64,000 bases of DNA from Eledone cirrhosa (taxonomy: Eukaryota), in the NCBI GenBank assembly GCA_964016885.1, contig OZ024741.1, positions 248,186,001 through 248,250,000 on the forward strand, given 5' to 3'. Of the stretch, positions 13,018 to 25,960 are shown in pieces. The notes beneath the pieces were generated by a model. That model did no database searches, was not told the origin of the DNA, and saw only the letters and a list, made by a program, of their open reading frames with translations. Within the stretch, counting starts at the first letter, position 1. Every line of letters begins with the position of its first letter. The position numbers and the translations under genes were made by a program.

Positions 13018-16000
13018 AAATTATCTCCCCTTGGACGGCTGGAAATTATCTCCCCTTGATTTTTTTACAAATTATCTCCCCCTGATTTTTTTTTTACAAA
13101 TTATCTCCCCCTGATTTTTTTTACAAATTATCTACCTATGATTTTTTTTTACAAATTATCTTCCGCTGATTTTTTTTACAAATTATCTCCCCCTGATTTT
13201 TTTTTACAAATTATCTCCCCCTGATTTTTTTACAAATTATCTCCCCCTGATTTTTTTTACAATTTATCTCCGCCTGATTTTTTTAAATATTATCTTCCCT
13301 TGGCTGGCGGGAAATTATCTCCCCTTGGACGGCTGGAAATTATCTCCCCTTGGAAGGATGGAAATTATCTCCCCTTGGACGGCTGGAAATTATCTCCCCT
13401 TGCACGGCTGGAAATTATCTCCCCTTGGACGGCTAGAAATTACCTCTCCTTGCACGGCTGAAATTTATCTCCCCTTGGACGGCTGGAAATTATCTCCCCC
13501 TGATTTTTCTACAAATTATCTCCGTCTGATTTTTTTAAAAATTATCTTCCCTTGGCTGGCGGGAAATTATCTCCCCTTGGACGGCTGGAAATTATCTGCC
13601 CTTGATTTTGTTTTTACAAATTATCTCCCCCTGATTTTTTTACAAATTATCTCCACCTGATATTTTAAAAAATTATCTCCCCTTGGACGGCTGGAAATTA
13701 TCTCCCCTTGGACGGCTGGAAATTATCTCCCCTTGGACGGCTAGAAATTATCTCTCTTTGGACGGCTGGAAATTATCTCCCCTTGGACGGCTGGAAATTA
13801 TCTCCCCTTGATTTTTTTACAAATTATCTCCCCCTGATTTTTTTTTTACAAATTATCTCCCCCTGATTTTTTTTACAAATTATCTACCCCTGATTTTTTT
13901 TTACAAATTATCTTCCGCTGATTTTTTTTACAAATTATCTCCCCCTGATTTTTTTTTACAAAATTATCTCCCCCTGATTTTTTTACAAATTATCTCCCCC
14001 TGATTTTTTTTACAATTTATCTCCGCCTGATTTTTTTAAATATTATCTTCCCTTGGCTGGCGGGAAATTATCTCCCCTTGGACGGCTGGAAATTATCTCC
14101 CCTTGGAAGGATGGAAATTATCTCCCCTTGGACGGCTGGAAATTATCTCCCCTTGCACGGCTGGAAATTATCTCCCCTTGGACGGCTAGAAATTACCTCT
14201 CCTTGCACGGCTGAAATTTATCTCCCCTTGGACGGCTGGAAATTATCTCCCCCTGATTTTTCTACAAATTATCTCCGTCTGATTTTTTTAAAAATTATCT
14301 TCCCTTGGCTGGCGGGAAATTATCTCCCCTTGGACGGCTGGAAATTATCTGCCCTTTATTTTGTTTTTACAAATTATCTCCCCCTGATTTTTTTACAAAT
14401 TATCTCCACCTGATATTTTAAAAAATTATCTCCCCTTGGACGGCTGGAAATTATCTCCCCTTGGACGGCTGGAAATTATCTCCCCTTGGACGGCTAGAAA
14501 TTATCTCTCTTTGGACGGCTGGAAATTATCTCCCCTTGGACGGCTGCAAATTATCTCCCCTTGATTTTTTTTTACAAATTATCTCCCCCTGATTTTTTTT
14601 ACAAATTATCTCCCCGTGATTTTTTTTTACAAATTATCTCCCCCTGATTTTTTTACAAATTATCTCCCCCTGATTTTTGTTTACAAATTATCTCCCCCTG
14701 ATTTTTTTTACAAATTATCTCCCCCTGATTTTTTTTTACAAATTATCTCCCCCTGATTTTTTTACAAATTATCTCCCCCTGATTTTTTTTACAATCTCCG
14801 CCTGATTTTTTTAAAAATTATCTTCCCTTGGCTGGCGGGAAATTATCTCCCCTTGGACGGCTGAAAATTATCTTCCCTTGCACGGCTGGAAATTATCTCC
14901 CCTTGGACAGCTGGAAATTATCGGCCCTTGATTTTGTTTTTACAAATTATCTCCCCCTGATTTTATTTTACAAATTATCGCCACCTGATTTTTTAAAAAA
15001 TTATCTCCCCTTGGACGGCTGGAAATTATCTCCCCTTGGCTGGAAATTATCTTCCCTTGGACGGCTGGAAATTATCTCCCCTTGATTTTTTTTACAAATT
15101 ATCTCCCCCTGATTTTTTTTACAAATTATCTGCCCCTGATTTTTTTTTACAAATTATCTCCGCCTGATTTTCTTTTTAAATTATCTCTCTTTTGACGGCT
15201 GGAAATTATCTCCCCTTGATTTTTTTTTACAAATTATCTCCCCCTGATTTTTTTTTACAAATTATCTACCCCTGATTTTTTTTTACAAATTATCTCCCCC
15301 TGATTTTTTTTACAAATTATCTCCCCCTGATTTTTTTTTTACAAATTATCTCCCCCTGATTTTTTTACAAATTATCTCCCCCTGATTTTTTTTCAAATTA
15401 TCTCCGCCTGATTTTTTTAAATATTAGCTTCCCTTGGCTGGCGGGAAATTATCTCCCCTTGGACGGCTGGAAATTATCTCCACTTGCACTGCTGGAAATT
15501 ATCTCCCCTTGGACGGCTGGAAATTATCTGGCCTTGATTTTGTTTTTACAAATTATCTTCCCCTGATTTTTTTTACAAATTATCTCCACCTGATTTTTTA
15601 AAAATTATCTCCCCTTGGCTGGAAATTATCTCCCCTTGGACGGCTAGAAATTATCTCTCTTTGGACGGCTGGAAATTATCTCCCCTTGATTTTTTTACAA
15701 ATTATCTCCCCCTGATTTTTTTTTACAAATTATCTCCCCCTGATTTTTTAAAAAAAATTATCTCCCCTTGGACGGCTGGAAATTATCTCCCCTTGGACGG
15801 CTGGAAATTATCTCTCCTTGGACGGCTAGAAATTACCTCTCCTTGGACGGCTGAAAATTATCTCCCCTTCGACGGCTGGAAATTATCTCCCCTTGATTTT
15901 TTTTACAAATTATCTACCCCTGATTTTTTTTTACAAATTATCTCCCCCTGATTTTTTTTACAAATTATCTCCCCCTGATTTTTTTTACAAATTATCTCCC

Positions 16001-19000
16001 CCTGATTTTTTTTACAAATTATATCCCCTTGGCTGGCTGGAAATTATCTCCCCTTGGAGGCTGGAATTTATCTCCCCTTTGACGGCTAGAAATTACCTCT
16101 CCTTGGACGGCTGGAAATTATGTCTCCTTGGACGGCTGGAAATTATCTCCCCTTGGACGGCTGGAAATTAGTTCCCCTTGATGTTTTTTACAAATTATCT
16201 CCCCCTGATTTTTTTTTACAAATCTCCACCTAATTAAAAAAAAAATTATCTCCCCTTCGCTGGCTGGAAATTATCTTCCTTTGGACGGCTGGAAATTATA
16301 GCCGCTTGTAGGGCTGGAAATTATCTCCCCTTGGACGGCTGGAAATTATCTCCCCTTGATTTTTTTACAAATTATCTCCCCCTGATTTTTTTTTTACAAA
16401 TTATCTCCCCCTGATTTTTTTTACAAATTATCTACCTATGATTTTTTTTTACAAATTATCTTCCGCTGATTTTTTTTACAAATTATCTCCCCCTGATTTT
16501 TTTTTACAAATTATCTCCCCCTGATTTTTTTACAAATTATCTCCCCCTGATTTTTTTTACAATTTATCTCCGCCTGATTTTTTTAAATATTATCTTCCCT
16601 TGGCTGGCGGGAAATTATCTCCCCTTGGACGGCTGGAAATTATCTCCCCTTGGAAGGATGGAAATTATCTCCCCTTGGACGGCTGGAAATTATCTCCCCT
16701 TGCACGGCTGGAAATTATCTCCCCTTGGACGGCTAGAAATTACCTCTCCTTGCACGGCTGAAATTTATCTCCCCTTGGACGGCTGGAAATTATCTCCCCC
16801 TGATTTTTCTACAAATTATCTCCGTCTGATTTTTTTAAAAATTATCTTCCCTTGGCTGGCGGGAAATTATCTCCCCTTGGACGGCTGGAAATTATCTGCC
16901 CTTGATTTTGTTTTTACAAATTATCTCCCCCTGATTTTTTTACAAATTATCTCCACCTGATATTTTAAAAAATTATCTCCCCTTGGACGGCTGGAAATTA
17001 TCTCCCCTTGGACGGCTGGAAATTATCTCCCCTTGGACGGCTAGAAATTATCTCTCTTTGGACGGCTGGAAATTATCTCCCCTTGGACGGCTGGAAATTA
17101 TCTCCCCTTGATTTTTTTACAAATTATCTCCCCCTGATTTTTTTTTTACAAATTATCTCCCCCTGATTTTTTTTACAAATTATCTACCCCTGATTTTTTT
17201 TTACAAATTATCTTCCGCTGATTTTTTTTACAAATTATCTCCCCCTGATTTTTTTTTACAAAATTATCTCCCCCTGATTTTTTTACAAATTATCTCCCCC
17301 TGATTTTTTTTACAATTTATCTCCGCCTGATTTTTTTAAATATTATCTTCCCTTGGCTGGCGGGAAATTATCTCCCCTTGGACGGCTGGAAATTATCTCC
17401 CCTTGGAAGGATGGAAATTATCTCCCCTTGGACGGCTGGAAATTATCTCCCCTTGCACGGCTGGAAATTATCTCCCCTTGGACGGCTAGAAATTACCTCT
17501 CCTTGCACGGCTGAAATTTATCTCCCCTTGGACGGCTGGAAATTATCTCCCCCTGATTTTTCTACAAATTATCTCCGTCTGATTTTTTTAAAAATTATCT
17601 TCCCTTGGCTGGCGGGAAATTATCTCCCCTTGGACGGCTGGAAATTATCTGCCCTTTATTTTGTTTTTACAAATTATCTCCCCCTGATTTTTTTACAAAT
17701 TATCTCCACCTGATATTTTAAAAAATTATCTCCCCTTGGACGGCTGGAAATTATCTCCCCTTGGACGGCTGGAAATTATCTCCCCTTGGACGGCTAGAAA
17801 TTATCTCTCTTTGGACGGCTGGAAATTATCTCCCCTTGGACGGCTGCAAATTATCTCCCCTTGATTTTTTTTTACAAATTATCTCCCCCTGATTTTTTTT
17901 ACAAATTATCTCCCCGTGATTTTTTTTTACAAATTATCTCCCCCTGATTTTTTTACAAATTATCTCCCCCTGATTTTTGTTTACAAATTATCTCCCCCTG
18001 ATTTTTTTTACAAATTATCTCCCCCTGATTTTTTTTTACAAATTATCTCCCCCTGATTTTTTTACAAATTATCTCCCCCTGATTTTTTTTACAATCTCCG
18101 CCTGATTTTTTTAAAAATTATCTTCCCTTGGCTGGCGGGAAATTATCTCCCCTTGGACGGCTGAAAATTATCTTCCCTTGCACGGCTGGAAATTATCTCC
18201 CCTTGGACAGCTGGAAATTATCGGCCCTTGATTTTGTTTTTACAAATTATCTCCCCCTGATTTTATTTTACAAATTATCGCCACCTGATTTTTTAAAAAA
18301 TTATCTCCCCTTGGACGGCTGGAAATTATCTCCCCTTGGCTGGAAATTATCTTCCCTTGGACGGCTGGAAATTATCTCCCCTTGATTTTTTTTACAAATT
18401 ATCTCCCCCTGATTTTTTTTACAAATTATCTGCCCCTGATTTTTTTTTACAAATTATCTCCGCCTGATTTTCTTTTTAAATTATCTCTCTTTTGACGGCT
18501 GGAAATTATCTCCCCTTGATTTTTTTTTACAAATTATCTCCCCCTGATTTTTTTTTACAAATTATCTACCCCTGATTTTTTTTTACAAATTATCTCCCCC
18601 TGATTTTTTTTACAAATTATCTCCCCCTGATTTTTTTTTTACAAATTATCTCCCCCTGATTTTTTTACAAATTATCTCCCCCTGATTTTTTTTTCAAATT
18701 ATCTCCGCCTGATTTTTTTAAATATTAGCTTCCCTTGGCTGGCGGGAAATTATCTCCCCTTGGACGGCTGGAAATTATCTCCACTTGCACTGCTGGAAAT
18801 TATCTCCCCTTGGACGGCTGGAAATTATCTGGCCTTGATTTTGTTTTTACAAATTATCTTCCCCTGATTTTTTTTACAAATTATCTCCACCTGATTTTTT
18901 AAAAATTATCTCCCCTTGGCTGGAAATTATCTCCCCTTGGACGGCTAGAAATTATCTCTCTTTGGACGGCTGGAAATTATCTCCCCTTGATTTTTTTACA

Positions 19001-19660
19001 AATTATCTCCCCCTGATTTTTTTTTACAAATTATCTCCCCCTGATTTTTTAAAAAAAATTATCTCCCCTTGGACGGCTGGAAATTATCTCCCCTTGGACG
19101 GCTGGAAATTATCTCTCCTTGGACGGCTAGAAATTACCTCTCCTTGGACGGCTGAAAATTATCTCCCCTTCGACGGCTGGAAATTATCTCCCCTTGATTT
19201 TTTTTACAAATTATCTACCCCTGATTTTTTTTTACAAATTATCTCCCCCTGATTTTTTTTACAAATTATCTCCCCCTGATTTTTTTTACAAATTATCTCC
19301 CCCTGATTTTTTTTACAAATTATATCCCCTTGGCTGGCTGGAAATTATCTCCCCTTGGAGGCTGGAATTTATCTCCCCTTTGACGGCTAGAAATTACCTC
19401 TCCTTGGACGGCTGGAAATTATGTCTCCTTGGACGGCTGGAAATTATCTCCCCTTGGACGGCTGGAAATTAGTTCCCCTTGATGTTTTTTACAAATTATC
19501 TCCCCCTGATTTTTTTTTACAAATCTCCACCTAATTAAAAAAAAAATTATCTCCCCTTCGCTGGCTGGAAATTATCTTCCTTTGGACGGCTGGAAATTAT
19601 AGCCGCTTGTAGGGCTGGAAATTATCTCCCCTTGGACGGCTGGAAATTATCTCCCCTTGA
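13018..19660 (+). repeat. Near-perfect 3,300-bp tandem duplication
   Basis: Lines 13021 onward and 16321 onward read identically. ORF offsets are 3,300, then 3,301 after a 1-T slip near 18690. Confidence 0.95.
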
Positions 19661-19744
19661 TTTTTTTTACTAAGTATCTCACCCTGATTTTTTTTTACAA
19701 ATTATCTCCGCCTGATTTAAAAAAAAAAATTATCTCCCCTTGGC

Positions 19745-22700
19745 TGGATGGAAATTATCTCCCCTTGGACGGCTGGAAATTATCTCCCCTTGATTTCTTC
19801 TACAAATTATCTACCCCTGATTTTTTTTTTACAAATTATCTCTCCCTGATTTTTTTTTACAAATATCTCCCCTTGGCTGGCTGGAAATTATCTCCCCTTG
19901 GCTGGCTGGAAATTATCTCCCCCTGATATTTTTTTACAATTTATCTCCCCCTGATTTTTTTTTTACAAATTATCTCCCCCTGATTTTATTTTACATATTA
20001 TCTACCCCTGATTTTTTTTTACAAATTATCTCCCCCTGATCTTTTTTACAAATTATCTCCCCCTGATTTTTTTTACAAATTATCTCCCCCTGATTTATTT
20101 TACAAATTATCTCCGCCTGATTTTTTTAAATATCATCTTCCCTTGGCTGGCGGGAAATAATCTCCCCTTGGACGGCTGGAAATTATCTCCCCTTGGAAGG
20201 ATGGAAATTATCTCCCCTTGGACGGCTGGAAATTATCTCCCCTTGCACGGCTGGAAATTATCTCCCCTTGGACGGCTGGAAATTATCTCCCCTTGGCTGG
20301 AAATTATCTCCCCTTGGACGGCTAGAAATTATCTCTCTTTGGACGGCTGGAAATTATCTCCCCTTGATTTTTTTTACAAATTATCTCCCCCTGATTTTTT
20401 TTACAAATCTCCCAGTGATTTTTTAAAAAAATTATCTCCCCTTCGCTGGCTGGAAATTATCTCCCCTTGGACGCTGGAAATTATAGCCCCTTGGAGGGCT
20501 GGAAGTTATCTTCCCTTGGAGGGCTGGAAATTATCTTCCCTTGGACGGCTGGAAATTATCTCCCCTTAATTTTTTTTACAAATTATCTCCCCCTGATTTT
20601 TTTTTACAAATTATCTCCCCCTGATTTATTTTTTACAAATTATCTCCGCCTGATTTTTTTTTAAAATTATCTCCCCTTGGACGGCTGGAAATTATCTCCC
20701 CTTGGACGGCTGGAAATTATATCCCCTTGGACGGCTAAAAATTACCTCTCCTTGGACGGCTGAAAATTATCTCCCCTTGGACGGCTGAAAATTATCTCCC
20801 CTTGATTTTTTTTACAAATTATCTCCCCCTGATTTTTTTTTACAAATTATCTCCCCCTGATTTTTTTTTACAAATTATCTCCCCCTGATTTTTTTACAAA
20901 TTATCTCCCCTTGGCTGGCTGGAAATTATCTTCCCTTGGAGGCTGGAATTTATCTCCCCTTGGAGGGCTGGAAATTATCTCCCCTTGGACGGCTAGAAAT
21001 TACCTCTCCTTGGACGGCTGGAAATTATCTCCCCTTGAACGGCTGGAAATTATCTCCCCTTGGACGGCTAGAAATTATCTCTCTTTGGACGGCTGGAAAT
21101 TATCTCCCCTTGCACGGCTGGAAATTATCTCCCCTTGGACGGCTAGAAATTACCTCTCCTTGCACGGCTGAAAATTATCTCCCCTTGGACGGCTGGAAAT
21201 TATCTCCCCGTGATTTTTCTACAAATTATCACCGTCTGATTTTTTTAAAAATTATCTTCCCTTGGCTGGCGGGAAATTATCTCCCCTTGGACGGCTGGAA
21301 ATTATCTGCCCTTGATTTTGTTTTTACAAATTATCTCCCCCTGATTTTTTTACAAATTATCTCCACCTGATATTTTAAAAAATTATCTCCCCTTGGACGG
21401 CTGGAAATTATCTCCCCTTGGACGGCTGGAAATTATCTCCCCTTGGACGTCTAGAAATTATCTCTCTTTGGACGGCTGGAAATTATCTCCCCTTGGACGG
21501 CTGCAAATTATCTCCCCTTGATTTTTTTTACAAATTATCTCCCCCTGATTTTTTTTTACAAATTATCTCCCCCTGATTTTTTTTTACAAATTATCTACTC
21601 CTGATTTTTTTACAAATTATCTCCCCCTGATTTTTTTTACAAATTATCTCCCTCTGATTTTTTTTACAAATTATCTCCCCCTGATTTTTTTTTACAAATT
21701 ATCTCCTGATTTTTTTACAAATTATCTCCCCCTGATTTTTTTTACAATCTCCGCCTGATTTTTTTAAAAATTATCTTCCCTTGGCTGGCGGGAAATTATC
21801 TCCCCTTGGACGGCTGGAAATTATCTCCCCTTGGACGGCTGGAAATTATCTCTCCTTGGACGGCTAGAAATTACCTCTCCTTGGACGGCTGAAAATTATC
21901 TCCCCTTCGACGGCTGGAAATTATCTCGCCTTGATTTTTTTTACAAATTATCTACCCCTGATTTCTTTTTACAAATTATCTCCCCCTGATTTTTTTTAAA
22001 AATTATCTCCCCCTGATTTTTTTTACAAATTATCTCCCCCTGATTTTTTTTACAAATTATATCCCCTTGGCTGGCTGGAAATTATCTCCCCTTGGAGGCT
22101 GGAATTTATCTCCCCTTTGACGGCTAGAAATTACCTCTCCTTGGACGGCTGGAAATTATGTCTCCTTGGACGGCTGGAAATTATCTCCCCTTGGACGGCT
22201 GGAAATTATCTCCCCTTGATTTCTTCTACAAATTATCTACCCCTGATTTTTTTTTTACAAATTATCTCTCCCTGATTTTTTTTTACAAATATCTCCCCTT
22301 GGCTGGCTGGAAATTATCTCCCCTTGGCTGGCTGGAAATTATCTCCCCCTGATATTTTTTTACAATTTATCTCCCCCTGATTTTTTTTTTACAAATTATC
22401 TCCCCCTGATTTTATTTTACATATTATCTACCCCTGATTTTTTTTTACAAATTATCTCCCCCTGATCTTTTTTACAAATTATCTCCCCCTGATTTTTTTA
22501 CAAATTATCTCCCCCTGATTTATTTTACAAATTATCTCCGCCTGATTTTTTTAAATATCATCTTCCCTTGGCTGGCGGGAAATAATCTCCCCTTGGACGG
22601 CTGGAAATTATCTCCCCTTGGAAGGATGGAAATTATCTCCCCTTGGACGGCTGGAAATTATCTCCCCTTGCACGGCTGGAAATTATCTCCCCTTGGACGG

Positions 22701-22995
22701 CTGGAAATTATCTCCCCTTGGCTGGAAATTATCTCCCATTGGACGGCTAGAAATTATCTCTCTTTGGACGGCTGGAAATTATCTCCCCTTGATTTTTTTT
22801 ACAAATTATCTCCCCCTGATTTTTTTTACAAATCTCCCAGTGATTTTTTAAAAAAATTATCTCCCCTTCGCTGGCTGGAAATTATCTCCCCTTGGACGCT
22901 GGAAATTATAGCCCCTTGGAGGGCTGGAAGTTATCTTCCCTTGGAGGGCTGGAAATTATCTTCCCTTGGACGGCTGGAAATTATCTCCCCTTGAT
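19745..22995 (+). repeat. ~0.8-kb direct repeat at offset 2,425 (19745-20570 and 22170-22995); 20200-22190 also resembles ~5530-7380
   Basis: ORF pairs 20168/22593, 20193/22618, 5796/20467 and 6239/20911. Markers AATATCATCTTC, GGCGGGAAATAATC and CTGATCTTTT. Confidence 0.85.
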
Positions 22996-25219
22996 TTTTT
23001 TTTAATTATCTCCCCCTGATTTTTTTTACAAATTATCTGCCCGATTTTTTTTAAAAAATTATCTCCGCCTGAATTTTTTTTTAAATTATCTCTCCTTGGA
23101 CGGCTGGAAATTATCTCCTCTTGATTTTTTTTTACAAATTATCTCCCCCTGATTTTTTTTTACAAATTATCTCCCCCTGATTTTTTTTTACAAATTATCT
23201 CCCCCTGATTTTTTTTAAAAATTATCTCCCCCTGATTTTTTTTTACAAATTATCGCCCCCTGATTTTTTTACAAATTATCTCCCCCTGATTTTTTTTTCA
23301 AATTATCTCCGCCTGATTTTTTTAAATATTATCTTCCCTTGGCTGGCGGGAAATTATCTCCCCTTGGACGGCTGGAAATTATCTCCCCTTGCACTGCTGG
23401 AAATTATCTCCCCTTGGACGGCTGGAAATTATCTGCCCTTGATTTTGTTTTTACAAATTATCTCCACCTGATTTTTTAAAAATTATCTCCCCTTGGACGG
23501 CTGGAAATTATGTCCCCTTGGCTGGAAATTATCTCCCCTTGGACGGCTAGAAATTATCTCTCTTTGGACGGCTGGAAATTATCTCCCCTTGATTGTTTTT
23601 ACAAATTATCTCCCCCTGATTTTTTTTTACAAATTATCTCCCCCTGATTTTTTTTACAACTTATCTCCGCCTGATTTTTTAAAAAAAATTATCTCCCCTT
23701 GGACGGCTGGAAATTATCTCCCCTTGGACGGCTGGAAATTATCTCTCCTTGGACGGCTAGAAATTACCTCTCCTTGGACGGCTGAAAATTATCTCCCCTT
23801 GGACGGCTGGAAATTATCTCCCCTTGTTTTTTTTTACAAATTATCTCCCCCTGATTTTTTTTTACAAATTATCTCCCCCTGATTTTTTTTACAAATTATC
23901 TCCCCCTGATTTTTTTTTACAAATTATCTCCCCCTGATTTTTTTTACAAATTATATACCCTTGGCTGGCTGGAAATTATCTCCCCTTGGAGGCTGGAATT
24001 TATCTCCCCTTGGACGGCTAGAAATTACCTCTCCTTGGACGGCTGGAAATTATGTCTCCTTGGACGGCTGGAAATTATCTCCGCTTGGACGGCTGGAAAT
24101 TATCTCCCCTTGGACGGCTGGAAATTATCTCCCCTTGGACGGCTAGATATTACCTCTCCTTGGACGGCTGGAAATTATCTGCCCTTGGACGGCTGGAAAT
24201 TATCTCCCTTTGGACGGCTGGAAATTATTTCCCCTTGATTTTTTTTACAAATTATCTCCCCCATATTTTTTTTACAAATCTCCACCTAATTAAAAAAAAA
24301 ATTATCTCCCCTTCGCTGGCTGGAAATTATCTTCCTTTGGACGGCTGGAAATTATAGCCGCTTGTAGGGCTGGAAATTATCTCCCCTTGGACGGCTGGAA
24401 ATTATCTCCCCTTGATTTTTTTTACTAAGTATCTCACCCTGATTTTTTTTTACAAATTATCTCCGCCTGATTTTTAAAAAAAAATTATCTCCCCTTGGCT
24501 GGATGGAAATTATCTCCCCTTGGACGGCTGGAAATTATCTGCCCTTGATTTCTTCTACAAATTATCTACCCCTGATTTTTTTTTTACAAATTATCTCTCC
24601 CTGATTTTTTTTTACAAATATCTCCCCTTGGCTGGCTGGAAATTAACTCCCCCTGATTTTTTTTACAAATTATCTCCCCTGATTTAAAAAAAAAATTATC
24701 TCCCCTTGGACGGCTGGAAATTATCGCGCCCTGATTTTTTTTAACAAATTATCTCCACTTGATTTTTTTTACAAATCATCTCCGCCTGATTTTTTTTAAA
24801 TATTATCTCCCTTGGCTTGCTGGAAATTATCTCCCCTTGGACGGCTATAAATTATCTCTCCTTCGACGGCTGGAAATTATCTCCCCTTGATTTTTTTACA
24901 AATTATCTCCCCTTGATTTTTTTTTACCAATCTACCCCTGATTTAAAAAAAAAAATTATCTCCCCTTCGCTGGCTGGAAATTATCTCCCCTTGGACGGCT
25001 GGAAATTATCTCCCCTTGATTTTTTTTACAAATTATCTACCCCTGATTTTTTTACAAATTATCTCCCCCTGATTTTTTTTTACAAATTATCTCCCCTGAT
25101 TTTTTTTTTTTACAAATTATCTCCGCCTGATTTTTTAAAAATTATCTCCCCTTGGCTGGATGGAAATTATCTCCCCTTGGACGGCTGGAAATTATCTCCC
25201 CTTGGAAGGATGGAAATGA

Positions 25220-25960
25220 TCTCCCCTTGGACGGCTGGAAATTATCTCCCCTTGGACGGCTGGAAATGATCTCCCCTTGGACGGCAAGAAATTACCTCTC
25301 CTTGGACGGCTGAAAATTATCTCCCCTTGGACGGATGGAAATTATCTCCCCCTGATTTTTTTTACAAATTATCTCCCCTTGCACGGCTGGAAATTATCTC
25401 CCCTTGGACGGCTGGAAATTATCTGCCCTTGATTTTGTTTTTACAAATTATCTCCCCCTGATTTTTTTTTACAAATTATCTCCCCCTGATTTTTTTTTTA
25501 CAAATTATATCCGCCTGATTTTTTTTTAAAAATGATCTCCCCTTGGACGGCTGGAAATTATCTCCCCTTGGACGGCTGGAAATGATCTCCCCTTGGACGG
25601 CAAGAAATTACCTCTCCTTGGACGGCTGAAAATTATCTCCCCTTGGACGGATGGAAATTATCTCCCCCTGATTTTTTTTACAAATTATCTCCCCTTGCAC
25701 GGCTGGAAATTATCTTCCCTTGGACGGCTGGAAATTATCTCCCCTTGATTTTTTTTACAAATTATCTCCCCCTGATTTTTTTTTACAAATTATCTCCCCC
25801 TGATTTTTTTTTTACAAATTATATCCGCCTGATTTTTTTTTAAAAATGATCTCCCCTTGGACGGCTGGAAATTATCTCCCCTTGGACGGCTGGAAATGAT
25901 CTCCCCTTGGACGGCAAGAAATTACCTCTCCTTGGACGGCTGAAAATTATCTCCCCTTGG
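25220..25960 (+). repeat. Local ~315-bp (~12-monomer) triplication
   Basis: The marker AAATGATCTCCCCTTGGACGGCAAGAAATTACC has its GGCAAG at 25283, 25599 and 25913. Confidence 0.75.

Larger units (their letters stand above)
1..16165 (+). repeat. ~10.6-kb-offset higher-order duplication: ~1-5560 recurs at ~10586-16165
   Basis: ORF pairs 35/10620, 210/10795, 748/11333, 963/11548, 1454/12039 and 1686/12271 have offset 10,585. Pairs 2694/13325 and 4195/14828 have offset 10,631-10,633, after a 46-bp (25+21) two-unit indel near 12510-12560. Confidence 0.9.
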
